Part shown: positions 27,737 to 52,289 of the stretch, one piece after another | How the letters are laid out: every line of letters starts with the position of its first letter | How positions within the stretch are numbered: position 1 is the first letter of the stretch | Assembly (NCBI RefSeq): GCF_009914755.1 | Contig: NC_060931.1 | Origin: the human T2T-CHM13v2.0 reference genome, Homo sapiens | Length of the DNA stretch: 64,000 nt | Direction: 5' to 3' (one strand) | Program-made: the position numbers and the translations under genes | Notes under the pieces: model-generated | What the model saw: the letters and a program-made list of their open reading frames with translations, nothing else | What the model was told of the DNA's origin: nothing | Databases searched by the model: none

Positions 27737-30160
27737 GCATTTGGAATCTCAAATGGAGCATATGACACATACTTTATTCTTTTTTGTCTGTATTTTCTTA
27801 AGGTAAATGTGTTTTTTTTTTTTCTTTTTTCTTTTCTACAAACTATCTCCCGCCCTCCCCAGCCCCACCCACACACCCATTATCCAGTATACTGAATGGG
27901 AGTTGTAACTCTTTAGGAAGACAGCTAATTGATTTACAGTACTCTAAAACCAACCCTGAAAACTGATAATCTCATTCACTTACTATAACTTCAGTGCTGT
28001 AGTTGACAGAAAAGAAAAAGTTACCTTAAGGCTCAAGGGAAAGTAACTTATTAAATTGTGAATGCAGCATTATTTACTCTCCCATCCATTGGAAACTAGC
28101 AAAATGCATTCTGGATCAATAATACAAACCTTCTAACATTAGCAAAGATTTCTACTCTTCTTACACAGAGTTAGAACAATATTCATAAGCAATTATCTAA
28201 GGGAGCCTGAGAAACTATGATCCACATCACACAAAGATTTCATGTATTTCATGATCAAAAAGTGCTTTATCTTTGAGAAATGTCAGGGTTACAATGGAAA
28301 TATACAATGTAAAGTCACTTGATATTTTTTCAAGTGAAGTACAAAGTAGAAAAGGAGCAAAAAGATGGAGGCTCTGCTCTCTGAACAGGCCTTATGCATG
28401 TGACTTTTAGGGTGTACGAAATTAAAGTTGTTTTAAGAATTAAAAATAGTGGGACTTTACACCACTATATTCTAAAACCTGAGATTGGACATCAAAACAG
28501 TCAACTTTGTTATTCATCAGAGCAATTCTGATACTTCCTAAAAATATAAGATAACTCAACTGAATTAACTCCAGGGTCAAAAACATTAACTTTCCCCAAT
28601 CAAAAAGGAGACCGATCACTAACATTATACCAAGAGTGCTGCAGAAAGACAAACTCTCAGCAAATGAGTCATTTCTACATAAGCAAAAAAGTCACTTTTC
28701 TCCTTCCCTTTCTCACTGATCAAGGCCACACTATTTTCAAATGAATATCTACTGAGAGATCAGTTGTGCATTGGATAAAGTACCATAATTGGGTTAAAAA
28801 TGAAAACAAAATTTACAGTGAAGAATACTTATGTGCATGGCTTACACACTCCAGCTTCTCAATTTCATCCACCTCAAGAGCAAGATAGATGCAAAGTCAC
28901 CTTGTGTAGATTACATTCTACACCCCTGTAAAGCCAGTCAAGGTCACATTTAACAAAGCATCTTCAGCAACTACAGTGCCTGAAGTGTGCAGCCGTTTAC
29001 AGACCACTCAATATGAGGGCATTATTATAACCAGCCTCTTTTGCCCACAACCCTGCATCTTCAGATAAGACAGGATAATTGTTTTGTTTTGAGAAAACTG
29101 AAGCTTAAATCTCTTAAAAGACCTGCAATTTACTGCAAAGTAATCCAGAGGTAACAAAGGAAGCAGGAGGTTAACGGCTGCCTGCACCAAAAGCCTCTCA
29201 ATCATTTTGCAGTAAATAATTATGGAAAGTGATGTGACAAGTAGCCATGTGTGTATCACAGCTACAGTCATTTATACCACGTATATGCCTCCGATAGTTA
29301 CATAGGGTGTTTGGGTTTTTGGTTTGGTTTTCACTTTGATTTTTGGTGCCATACAGATTTATATTTTGTTCTTGTGCAGCATATGCACTGAAAAACTTGC
29401 TGCTGTTCCACTTGCTGAAATGATAGGGACAATAGAAACCAAAACCAAAACATAGAAGGAAGAGTAGTAGGATCTCTTCACAGATTTTTATTCTTTTGAT
29501 TCTGTTCCTAAAATTTGGCTTTTCACCTTTGTAACTATGGTAGTTTGGGAAACAAACCTTCTAACAATTATATGAAAAGAAGTTTTAGTTTCCTACTTCT
29601 CAGGAATATGACTATTTTGATTAGCTGGGATGTTTGCCAAGCTTAAAAAAAAAGGCTCAAAATCATTCATAGCAACAACTGAAAAACAAAAAAATTGGTT
29701 GTTTCCCATGTCTGTACAATGCCATTATCTGACTGGAATTAACAAAGACCATTTCCTTTAATAAGCTATTAATAATATTTACGAATGAATCTGTGTTTTG
29801 CAGGTTTCTATTGTCCCTAGTGACTGGAGTGAAGATCAGTGAAATGCTACAATTAATCCACAGCCTTCTGCAATCTTCCTGCAGTGGGAAGAGAGGCCAT
29901 GAACCATCCCTTGCAGGAGAAACAAACCTTAGAGATTGGTTAAGACTTAAAAACCCACCACTATGACATTACCACTTAATCTTACATAGGCAGGTCAAAA
30001 TTTTAATATAAATTACTTTTGCCAACACATAGCTTATGCATTCTTTGCTCCTTTTTTTGGAGGATTTTCAAATTGATATCTAAAGATTTACATATGATAT
30101 ATTACTGTTACATGGTCTAATGACTAAGAAAATTTCTCTGGTAACCAAAGCTGATGCCAT

Positions 30161-30213
30161 ATATGGTAGTGTTCTTGGCATATACTCTATATGCCTCAGA
30201 CCACTTCCACATT
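30161..30213 (-). ncRNA. MIR4657: miR-4657 precursor hairpin inside the PURB 3'UTR
   Basis: Minus strand reads AAUGUGGAAGUGGUCUGAGGCAU (recognised mature miR-4657, 30191-30213), followed by a complementary arm (GGCAUAUA-GAG-UAUAUGCC stem). Confidence 0.85.
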
Positions 30214-32822
30214 CTTTCTATTCAGCTAATTATAGCTTAGTAGCCACTGGTGAAGGATTGTGAAGACCCTGTCATTTCTACAGAATAGAAAGGCAAGGCT
30301 AGTTACTGCAATTCAGCCAAACAAAAAGAAAAAAGAATAAACCAACCCCTTAAAAAGGAGAGGTACTGCACCTTTGCAAAATTGAACTGGCTCACTGCAG
30401 CTGAGCAACAGAACCACCACTGAAGCAAGAAAACAAGTTGGTCTATACAAGAATTGTACATGGTTTGAAAATGAAAAAGTTACAGCAATCAACTAATAGC
30501 TGCAACTTAAATTTTCATTGCTGCCTCAGAGTTGAAACTTAAATAGTTTCTGCAAACCTAATGCTAGCTTCTCAGCTCCTTTACTAAAACTATTTAGGAA
30601 TTTGTTCTCCGCAGCAAAGAAATAGACACTCAAAACACGTAGGTAAATACAGCAGGACATTATTGAAAAACAGCTGCCTTGTAGTACAAAATACAGTACA
30701 AGTATACGGATGTCATTAAAACATCAAAAATACTATTGCTCCCATACAATTTAGGAAACATTCTTTGCAACGGAGAAAAATTTAAAAGAAAAGCTTTAAA
30801 AAAATCTGTTTAAAAATTCTACTGTGGATGATGAGAGTAGAGAAATAGTCTGAAAAGGGCACCAATGTTTGTGGCTCTTCCACTTTTTAATCTAAGATCA
30901 ACAATATTCTGCATCATAATCTATTTTTTTAAAAAAGCCTAATTTTATGTACACAATTATTTCCCGCCCTCTCAGCCACAAATACATGAAAACCTTTTTG
31001 TATATTACTCATTTCCCAATAAATACAAAAAGATTGTATAGATTGAATAATACCAAAATAAGATAATAAAAAGGATATGCAATAAATTAAAAAGGCAGCT
31101 CAAATAAGGGGCAGGCATGCAGTTTAAAAAAAATACTAAGATTGTGGAGGCGGGGTTACTTGCCTCCTGGTTGAGAAGGTGTCACACAAAGAATACCTGA
31201 AAACTTTGGAAAGAACGTTAGCTCCCATTCAATTCAAAGTTACCTAGGTCTATGACATTTCTAGGAATACCTTTTGATGGGGTGGGATTAACTTGATTAG
31301 TAAAAATCATTTCTACTGAAAATCCATTTAAAATATAGAAGAGGCGATCCTTGAAAACCCCAACTTTTATTCTTGAAAGACAGCTGGATTAACTGGCAAA
31401 AGCCAGTTTGTTGAAATTTCAAGATGGTATAAAAATGCTTCCAGGATATAGTCAGCATATTCACGTTCACTTCAGTTCCATTCACAGATGGATTTCAGCT
31501 TCCACCGGGTGCACTGCTTGAATCACTCATCCATCATTTGCCAACTCTGACTGTGAGGTACTGATACAATGGATCAAGTTCTTAAAAATTTTAAAAGAAT
31601 AAATGATGCTGGAATTCTGGACCTGAGGATCTTTAGTATTTGAACAAATCCACAGATTAAACTGAAGGTAAATTAAGACTTCAGTTTTGGTTATTTCCAA
31701 CTTTTCTGTGAGGATGTATATCCATTAAAGCTCAGGCTTATAGCCACACTGTTACTTTTGTAGGTAATCTTCAAGTTTTATGGTTTAAAATCCAGCCAAC
31801 CAGTGGCTGTAACAGCCGAATTAGCCATAATTCACTGGCTCACACAGTGGAGATCTGGCTCTCATTCATACCAAAGCATTTCTTGGTAATGACCTCCATA
31901 TTTAGAGATCAGGGGAACAACTTTAGTGAGCAGCAACCAATCCACTCAAACAGTCTGCCTTGTGCTTTATGCCTGACTTTTTCTTGTGCCTACCTCAGCA
32001 ACCCCCAATGTAAAACTGCTTTTATCTTTGAAAATTTTTTGTCAACTTTGAAACTATTTTAGTAACGGATTCTACTCCAAGCATTGCTATCTGAATCCAC
32101 TGGCATCCTGGAAAACAATTCTGCGAAGAAAAGACATTTGCCTTGGTCCAGGTTCCATGCAAAACCATTTTTTTAAAAAAATGGATCCAATTTGGTTCTG
32201 TATTCTTAGATGGCTTCTTGAAATCTTATCTTTAACCTGTTCATGATTATCCCAAGTTGCATTTCTTTTCGTGAACCTGAACCCTCAGAACTGGGTAATT
32301 GTAAAGGCCTCTCTTCTCAAGGATTCCATGAAGACCTAGATCCAAAATGCTGATTTCAATGGAGGTGAAGGGATAGACACCGCAACAGTGAGGCCTAGAG
32401 AGATCTTTTATGCCAGATTACCCAGGTGCAACCTAAATGCAACTGTTATCAATGGTCTGGGTAACTTGGACATGTTTCTTGCCCTGGATGTGCAAGGATC
32501 TATTCCCTCCAGGGATTATCCTGATGGGTTTACGAACCTCAGTTGAGAAACAACAGAAGCTGAGACAATTTTACGCAGGTGAGGAGATGCTGTTTTCCTC
32601 TTTGCAGGTTGCTGTCAGTTCCTTGGAACTTGACTGCTTTTCTCAAGTTGTCCGTCACTGTTCTCTTACGATTATTTCTCTTAACTGTGTTACGTTTTGT
32701 TTTTTCCCTCTGCGGCCTCCCTTGCTCCCTCTCCACTAGCTCACTGGGGATGAGCAGGAAAGGGAATTCTCTAGCCAAGGGGATGGTGGTTGGGTGGAGG
32801 CCTGTAGGGGAAGCTGCCCGTT

Positions 32823-33761
32823 TCAATCCTCATCCACCTCCTCACCCTCTGACTCTTCGCCGCCGCCGCTGCCCCCACCACGTCGCTCATAAAGCTTATC
32901 CCTCTGTCGTTCCTGGATTTCTTTCATCTCATCCGCATACCGGCAAAAGGCGCCTCCGAACTTGCCCCAGGCTTTGAAGGGTACGGTGATGGCATTGCGG
33001 TAGGACGGCTTCACCTCGCTCACTCGCAGAAACACCCCGTATTTGTTGCAGCCCACATCGAAGAAGAAGCGCTTGGAGTCCACGGTGATGGAGGTGCCCT
33101 CCGGGAGCTCTCCATACAGGCCGCCCCCTGGGCCCCCGGCGCCGCCTCCCGGGCCGCCTGCCAGCTCGTCGTCCTCGCCTCCGTAGTCGTCTATGAGCTT
33201 CGCCAGCGCGTCGCGGAACTCGATGAGGCCCTGCGCAGGCAGCGCGATGGTCTGGCCGCTCTGCAAGCCGCCCGGCCCGGGGCCCGCGCCGAAGCCGCCA
33301 CCGCCGCGGTTGACCGTTTGGCGGATGCGCAGGAAGCGGCCGCGCTGGTTCTCCTTGAGGTCCAGGTAGTACTTGCGGTTCTCACGCACCAAGAATTCGC
33401 TCTTGAGCGCGCGCCGCGGCCCGCCGCCCTCCTCGGCGCCCGCCGCCAGCTGCTCGGGGCTGCTAGGGCCCAGCTGCGCGTAGTGTTCTATGAAGTCGCC
33501 CAGCGAGTCGCGGAACTCGGCGGCCACCGCCATGGACAGCGTGAGGCGGCTCTTGGAACCGCCCGCGCCCACCTCGGCGATCTTGAGGAAGCGGCCCTTG
33601 GCGTTCTGCTTCACATCTAAGTAGAAGCGCTTGTTCTGGATGTCCAGCCGCTTCGAGGCCAGCTCCTGCGTCTCTTGCTCGCCGCCGCCGCGGGACGCGG
33701 GCTGGAACCCGCACGGCCCACCGCCGCCGCCGCGCTCGCTGCCGCTGTCGCCGTCCGCCAT
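32823..33761 (-). CDS. PURB: Transcriptional regulator Pur-beta (purine-rich element binding protein B), intronless, 312 aa
   Basis: [18 protein letters not shown]...EEVDED with three PUR repeats ([21 protein letters not shown]; [28 protein letters not shown]; [25 protein letters not shown]), Gly-rich linkers and an acidic C-terminus. Strong Kozak context AAGATGG, with an in-frame TAG two codons upstream. Confidence 0.99.
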   Translation of the reverse strand: MADGDSGSERGGGGGPCGFQPASRGGGEQETQELASKRLDIQNKRFYLDVKQNAKGRFLKIAEVGAGGSKSRLTLSMAVAAEFRDSLGDFIEHYAQLGPSSPEQLAAGAEEGGGPRRALKSEFLVRENRKYYLDLKENQRGRFLRIRQTVNRGGGGFGAGPGPGGLQSGQTIALPAQGLIEFRDALAKLIDDYGGEDDELAGGPGGGAGGPGGGLYGELPEGTSITVDSKRFFFDVGCNKYGVFLRVSEVKPSYRNAITVPFKAWGKFGGAFCRYADEMKEIQERQRDKLYERRGGGSGGGEESEGEEVDED

Positions 33762-33859
33762 CTTCTAGGCCGCCGCCTCGCCGCCACCGCCCGCCGCGCT
33801 CGCGCCCCCGCCCTCCGGCTCGCGCTCCGGGGCCCCCCAGCCTCGCCCGCCCGGCTCGC

Positions 33860-33904
33860 TCACGCGCTCCCGCCGCTCATCGCCGGCCGCCGCCGCCCCC
33901 CCAT
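33860..33904 (-). other. Upstream ORF in the PURB 5' leader (MGGRRRPAMSGGSA*)
   Basis: ATG at 33904 in context GAGGCGATGG, second in-frame ATG at 33880, TGA at 33862-33860. Out of frame with the main CDS. Confidence 0.55.
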
Positions 33905-33909
33905 CGCCT

Positions 33910-34240
33910 CCGCGCCCCGCCCCCGCGACTTCCGTGCAGCCCTAGCCACTTCCGGCGCGCGATTTCCCGTGAAGTCACTCCGTCCCGCCCTCCGCGGCCT
34001 CGCGGCCGGAAGCGCCGCGGCGGCGTGGCGCAGAGGGGTGACGTCAGGGGCCGCGCCGGGCGGGCGGCAAGCTGAGAGTAGGCTAGTGTTACTGCTCGGT
34101 TTCTAGCCCTGGGGACTTGCCAGCCTTAGCGTGACTCAGCCGCCCGCTGCGTCTGTCTACGCGCCTCTTCCCGTGACACTTTTACTTTAGACTCCGGTGT
34201 CGTCCACTTCCCTCCTTCTCGCTTCCGGGGCGTTAGCTGA
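33910..34240. promoter_or_regulatory. TATA-less, probably bidirectional PURB core promoter
   Basis: ETS/GABP-type sites ACTTCCG 33928-33934, ACTTCCGG 33948-33955, CCGGAAG 34006-34012 and CTTCCGG ~34222; GC box ~33915; full CRE TGACGTCA 34039-34046; AP-1/ARE TGACTCAGC 34132-34140. Confidence 0.75.
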
Positions 34241-34956
34241 GCATACTCAGGCCCCAGCCTGCTCGCGCTGGTTGTGTGCTGGGAACAGAGTTCCAGTCTA
34301 TATACTGGCGACCGGGGGGAGGGAGATCCTTTGGAGCACTCGGAAGCGGGTTCTGACCAGCCTGTGGGGTTCCCTAGAGGAGGCATGAGCTGACTCTGAA
34401 GGGCAAACTGCAGTTGGCCTGGCAACTCTGGAGAAGAGCCACCCAGCATAGGAGACGGCAGTGCAGAGGCACCCAGGGCCTGATGCTTGGAGCTCAGAGC
34501 AGCTGGGGGTGTGTATGCCTGAAGAATGGTCGTAGATGACACTGGAGGGTGGATTAGATCAAGGAAAGCCATTTGCAGTGCGGGAGAGTTAGTGCCTACC
34601 CCAGAGTCTGGAGCCACCGTATGTGATCAGGTTCACATTTTGGAAAGATCACTGTGGGAACAATATAGAAAGAAGATGATTTAGGATGAGGTTAGATTTG
34701 GGATCCAGAGATCAGTTAACTGTCCCCACAGTTAGCCATATTAAAGTGGTTAAGGAAATTGACTGCCAATCTTTAGTTTCTTTATCAATAAAATGAATAA
34801 TTCCTATGAGGTCTTTTTGTTGTAAGCATTGAGGTGTAACAAGAGGCAGAATTGGAATAGTGTTAAAAAGTGTAGGCTCTGCAACTGCACTGGGTTTGAA
34901 TCTGTGACCTTGACCAGTTACTTGATTTTCCAAAGCCAAAATGTCCTCATCCTTAA

Positions 34957-39174
<4,218 letters not shown>

Positions 39175-40503
39175 GAGGATTATTTTGAAGTAGGTGCTCA
39201 GATGATGAGGGACCAAGGCTAACCTTAGCAAAATAAGGCTAAGAGGATGAACTCTTTAGATGAAGATGATATCAAACACTGAATTGAGGCTTTCACAGTT
39301 CCCCTTGCTGCAGATGTTAGGTACTTCTCCCCTGTGTAATTCACAATACATGGCACATAACAGGATGAGCTGCTTTGATGCATTTTTGGAATATCAAATA
39401 CTTTCCTCAGAAGTTTTTTACTTCTTAGTGGCCTTGAGTCCCTGCTTTGACTGCTTTTTGGCAATTTGAGCGTAATTGAGGATGGATCTCACTGTTGGCA
39501 TGTTAAATTTGAGGAGCTGGCCGAATGCCTGAGAGGATATTTCCAAGTGTCTCTGGAACTCAGAGAATCAGAGTCCAGAAAAGAGGCAAGTAACAGAGAT
39601 GCAGGTTTGGGAGCCACCAGCAGACAGGTGGAGTGGACATCAGGCTCAGAGAGGGTTGTGTGGGGAAATCAGGGAAAGATGAAGAGGATGAGGAGAGAGA
39701 AAGGCCAAGGGGTCAGAAGACTGTGAGGTCACAGGTGATAGTTCATAGTGAGCTGTATATGAACTATGTACTTGGGCTTCCCACAAGTTTTGGAAACACA
39801 TCACAAATCACCCAGCTCTTAGGAGGTGGAGCAGAGACTGGAACTCGAGTCTTCTGATTCTAAATTCTGTGTCTCTGGCACTGTGTCACTTTGGGGCCCC
39901 AGGGGATGGAAGCCAGATGTCAGAACGCTCACAAGTAAATGCAGGGGCAGGAAGTGTAGATTGAGGAGGTATTTCATGTGGCAGAAGGTGACAAAAGATG
40001 GGTACTGGCAAAGGAAGGCAGGATGAAGGCTGTTTTACCCCAGAGAAACCTGAGCCAGCTCTGAGGCTGAGGAGAGGAGAGGGGTGCTGAGGGGTCATGA
40101 CAGAAGCCTCTCAGTGAGGCCTGGAGTAGGCACAGAAGTTGGGCACTCAGGAAAGGAATTGGGTCCTAGAACATGAGAAGGCATCCTTTTTCTTCTGAGA
40201 TCAAGGAGAGAAAAGGAGATACTGGAGCTTCCAGTGGAGAGGAGGGAAGTTGGAGGAGTTCTTGGTGAAAGGGCCTAAGAGTGAGGCCACACTAAGGAGG
40301 AGGCTGCAAAGACCTGTGAGGCCTGGGCTGGACTAAAAGCCTGCTGAACAGCCCCAGGGCCTGGCCAAGACTAGGGCAGAAGCAGGATGGGCTAGATCTG
40401 CACCTTGGAGGAGCTGGGAGTCTGGGCTGGAGGCAGCAGATGGAAGTGGGCCTTGCCAGGGCTGGGAGATGGTTGTGGGGTTGCCAGATCCTGGGGACAG
40501 TAG

Positions 40504-40965
<462 letters not shown>

Positions 40966-41056
40966 TAATAGTATTCTTCACACAGATTCCCCAAAATGTT
41001 AACATCACGGTGTTTGTGTCATTACGCTTTTCATCTTTATGTTTCTTCATCTCTGT

Positions 41057-41060
<4 letters not shown>

Positions 41061-41100
<40 letters not shown>
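41061..41100. repeat. (AC)20 microsatellite
   Basis: Perfect AC run. Confidence 0.95.
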
Positions 41101-41103
<3 letters not shown>

Positions 41104-41252
41104 ATTTGACATTTTTCTTTCTCCTGAACCATTTGAGAATAAACTGAAATATGATGACCACTTACCTTTAAACACTTCAGTGTCTATTCAAGGTCATTCT
41201 CTCACCTATCTAGAGCACAACAATCAAAATCGAGAAACCAGCACAGATCTGA

Positions 41253-41600
<348 letters not shown>

Positions 41601-42585
41601 TGATCTGCCCACCTTGGCCTCGAAAAGTGTTGGGATTACAGATGTGAGCCACCGCGCCCAGCTACCCCACTCTCTTTAATCTGGAGCCATCCCTGGGTCT
41701 CTCTTTGTCTTTCACATGAGTGACATTTTGAAATATGAAGGCCGATTATTTTGTAGTTTGTCCCCATTTGTGTTTGCCGGGAGTGCTTCCTGACCACAAT
41801 CTGAAAACTCCTCACGTCCTGGCTGGCTCAACTTCCCGTAGTGAGTGAGACGTTGCCTGTTGTGCCTGATGCTGAGAAGAGGACGAGGAGATGGTTGAAG
41901 GTCCCAGGGTCAGGGACAGGCTGGCAGGAGAGCTTGGGGATGGTCAAAAGGGGATTGCGATGGATGGAGACTGCATATGTGCTTCCTGGGCCCTCCTGCT
42001 TTGAGCTGCTTAGAAGCTGCAGTCTTCTTTGCCTTTCCTGCCCATCAGGCATTAAACTGAACTAGAGGGAACAAGACAAGATGACAGTTAGGAGAAACTG
42101 GTGTCCAGGATATGCCATCCTAGCGGGTGCTGACACTGAGATTCCCAGGCCAGGCACCCCGTGCTGCAAATGCTTTGCAGCTTGACACTCTGGGCCAAGT
42201 ATCCAGCTGGCTTGCTTTGAAGCCTCCAGTGATGTTTTTTGGATTTGTGTGGCTGAAAGGAAGTTTGTGCATCTTGCACAGTCTAAAGAGATTGCCTAAT
42301 TCTGGCTCTGGGCAGAAGGCCCACACCTGCCGTTTATTCTGGGGATTTTTGTCTTATGTAAGGTAGAAAATCAATTCCTTGTGTTAGTATTGGGTTCCAG
42401 GAAGCGGAGTTCTCAGCCTCAGGGCTTATCAATCAAATCAGCTGCCCTCCATGATTTGTAGTTCCTCTTCTGGCACGCCCAGAGGTTGGGAAGCTGCGTT
42501 AGGCACAGTTGCTGTGCCCTGTGGAGTCTGCACTCACCTAGTGCTCCCTGGGGGCCTCATGAGCCCCTGGAAGATTGATATGTTA

Positions 42586-42969
<384 letters not shown>

Positions 42970-43929
42970 TTACTTCACTTCTGTGGGTCATGCCCTCCTG
43001 GAGGGCAGGCACTTGCACCTTACAGAGCTGCCTGAGCAGTAAGGAAGGTATTGTGTGCAGGCCACTTGTGGATGTGTTTGGTACATCCATGCTCAAATAT
43101 GTTGCTGCTGTTATTGATGTTATTCATGAATATGGTTGAGCTTTCTCCATAAATCTCCTGGCTGGCTCCATATTCTATAAGACTCTACTGGTTTCAGCTA
43201 ATGTTGGGTGGAGAGAACCTGCAAATAAAACACAGATGTACTTGGATGAGGGAGTTGAAACCCCCAAATGCAATGATCTTCAAGGGAACAGGATGCCTAG
43301 GAACAAGTGGTTGGAAAGCATATCAGCTGGTGATGAATAAGCAGGTCTGAGGCAGTCATAACCAGGGTCACTGGTGTTTGAACCCACTCATTTATATCCT
43401 GAAACAATAGGGGAAGGACTTACACACATGGCCTTCTGTGGGGTGGCTTCTGCCCTTCATGCCCTGTCTCTCAGCCAACAGCTGAGTATGAGAAGCCTCC
43501 TCCTAGACTCCCAGCTGCCCCTGACCCCTGGCCAGGGCCAGCTGTTGTGCCAACAAAGCCTCCAGTCAGGGACTCTGGTCCCAGCTGCTGTGGGGAACAG
43601 GTTTGACCTTTCCAAGCGCCCATAGGTCACTTGTGGTCTTTCTGTGGAGACAGCCAACAGCCCATCTGTTCTTGCTTCTCATCTCACTCAGAAAATCCTA
43701 GCGCTCCCCCTGCTCCACTGGAACCCCTCATTTCCTGGGGATTCTATTTCTGCCTCCCCTGAACCTTCCAGAAGGGCCTTCTGGCTCAGAACCAGACCCC
43801 TGCCTGGTTACTCCGTCTGCCCTTCTGCCTGATTAGAGCAAGGGTCTCGCACAGGCTGGACAATGCCCAAGTCTGTGCTGAGCACAAAACAAGGCCATGT
43901 GATGGAGGGGCAGGGTTTCTGGATGCTGT

Positions 43930-47580
<3,651 letters not shown>

Positions 47581-48102
47581 ACCTTCAACTTCTTGAAATG
47601 TTTTAAAAATGATTTAAAATAAATTTTGTTAGTGCTCTTTTTCCCATTGTATTCTTTTCGTTTTCACTGTCTAGTTTAGCATGAAATCCTTGTAATTGGT
47701 CCCTTGCCTATTTAGAATCTCTATGAAGATCTTCTAAGGGCCTCTGAGCCATGGTGAGTTCTCTCTGGACAGAGACACACAGCCCTCTGGTATACTCTTA
47801 AGCATTTACCATGTTCTGCCTTAGGATGCAGCTATTTCTGAAGTCTTCTTTTCCTGCATACTTGCAAACTCCTTAGGGTCAGGGACTATCTCTTATTTTT
47901 GTATCTTCGTTGTAAACACTCACTAAATATTTAATGGAATTAAATTGAAAAGTAGTACACAATTTTCAACTTTCCATTCATTAAACATGAAAATGAACGC
48001 ACATTAGACAATCATAACTGAGTTTCAACAGAACATCCTGATGATGTCACTATGTTTCTTCTCCTATTTAAAAATGTGTTCTTGGCTGGGCGTGGTGGCT
48101 CA

Positions 48103-48484
<382 letters not shown>

Positions 48485-48947
48485 TCAGAATGCTGCGTGC
48501 TACACAGAGATATTAGTGTCTAGCCTTCTGAGTTTTTCCTATGCAAAATTTTAAATGCAAATTTACACATATATGGGTGTATAAATATATATATGTATAT
48601 ATATTTGTATTACATAACTAAGATCCAACCATGCATACTGATGTGTAACATGAAATTTTTATTTTATGCACAGGATTAGACTGATCAAAATCTTTGGTTC
48701 ATGATACACTCTCATTGTTAATCCATTTATTCATTCATTCATTTGCTAATAATGTTTTCATAAAACTTCTTGAATTACCAGCCAACTCAAGAACTAGAAC
48801 ACTGACAATAATTCAAATCTACTATATGTCTTCCTTCCATATTTTATTCTTCCCCCACCTCTCAGGTGGCCAAAATCCTAAATTATTTTTAAAAAATCAT
48901 TTAGTTTTATTTTTTAAACATTATAAAAAGAGAATCATATTATACAT

Positions 48948-50001
<1,054 letters not shown>

Positions 50002-50654
50002 ATATGCTTGATGGACTTGATTTTTTTCACTCCACATTATGGTTTAAAAGTTTACCCATGCTTTTTGTGTTTAGCTAAAGTTAATTAATGTTCACCACTG
50101 TATACTATTTCTTTTCTTTTTTTTATTTTTTAGACAGAGTCTCACTTTGTTGCCCAGGCTGAGTGCAGTGGCGTGATCTCGGCTTACTGCAACCCCCGCC
50201 TCCTGGGTTGTATATTATTTCATCATGAGCAAATATCACCACCATATCATCTGCCCATGGGCATAGGGTTGTGAATGTTCTCACTCAGTGGAACTTGTCT
50301 CCTGCGGCAGATGTGTGGGGCTTGTCATAGGTACGCACCTGAGAGTGGTTTTCTGAGTTGTCAGGCATGTGAATTTCAGAGTTTGTGAGAAAATGCCCAG
50401 TGGTTTTCCCATATCATTATAACTTTTCACTTCCCTCATGTATATATAAGTGATGTCTTTAATCCAGAACCTTTTCAGCTCTTGGCATTGTCAGATTTTT
50501 AATTATTGCCAGTGGAATGAATGAAAAGTACTATCTCTTATCTTGGTTTACATTTCCCTGATTACTGAGGAGGCCAAGCATCCCTCTGAGTGCCTGTTGG
50601 CTGTATGTGTTCCCCCTTTGGTGAAATGCCTCTTCATGTCTTTTGCCCATTTAA

Positions 50655-50882
<228 letters not shown>

Positions 50883-51004
50883 TAGCCAGGATGGTCTCGA
50901 TCTGCTGACCTCGTGATCCACCCACCTTAGCCTCCCGAAGAGCTGGGATTACAGGCATGAGCCACTGTGCCCAGCCACATGTTCTTTAAATATTTTTTTA
51001 ATTA

Positions 51005-52198
<1,194 letters not shown>

Positions 52199-52289
52199 TG
52201 TACCTGTTATTAGTGCAATCATTTGTTGATTATGTCTTCTCTTATTTGTAGCTTATCTTTTATTTCCTTTAGACTATTATTTAAAAACA

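Larger units (their letters stand above)
32830..34350. promoter_or_regulatory. CpG island spanning the PURB CDS, 5'UTR and promoter
   Basis: Very high GC and CpG density compared with the CpG-depleted flanks. Confidence 0.92.

Noticed and set aside
32539-32826. 95-aa ORF overlapping the PURB stop codon (possible frameshift or reinitiation product)
   Set aside because: It starts at TTG, that frame is closed by a TGA two codons upstream, and no slippery or readthrough motif is visible.
33191-34106. Alternative-frame and antisense ORFs overlapping PURB (64-143 aa)
   Set aside because: Expected from stop-poor GC-rich sequence; mostly non-ATG starts and no recognisable domain.
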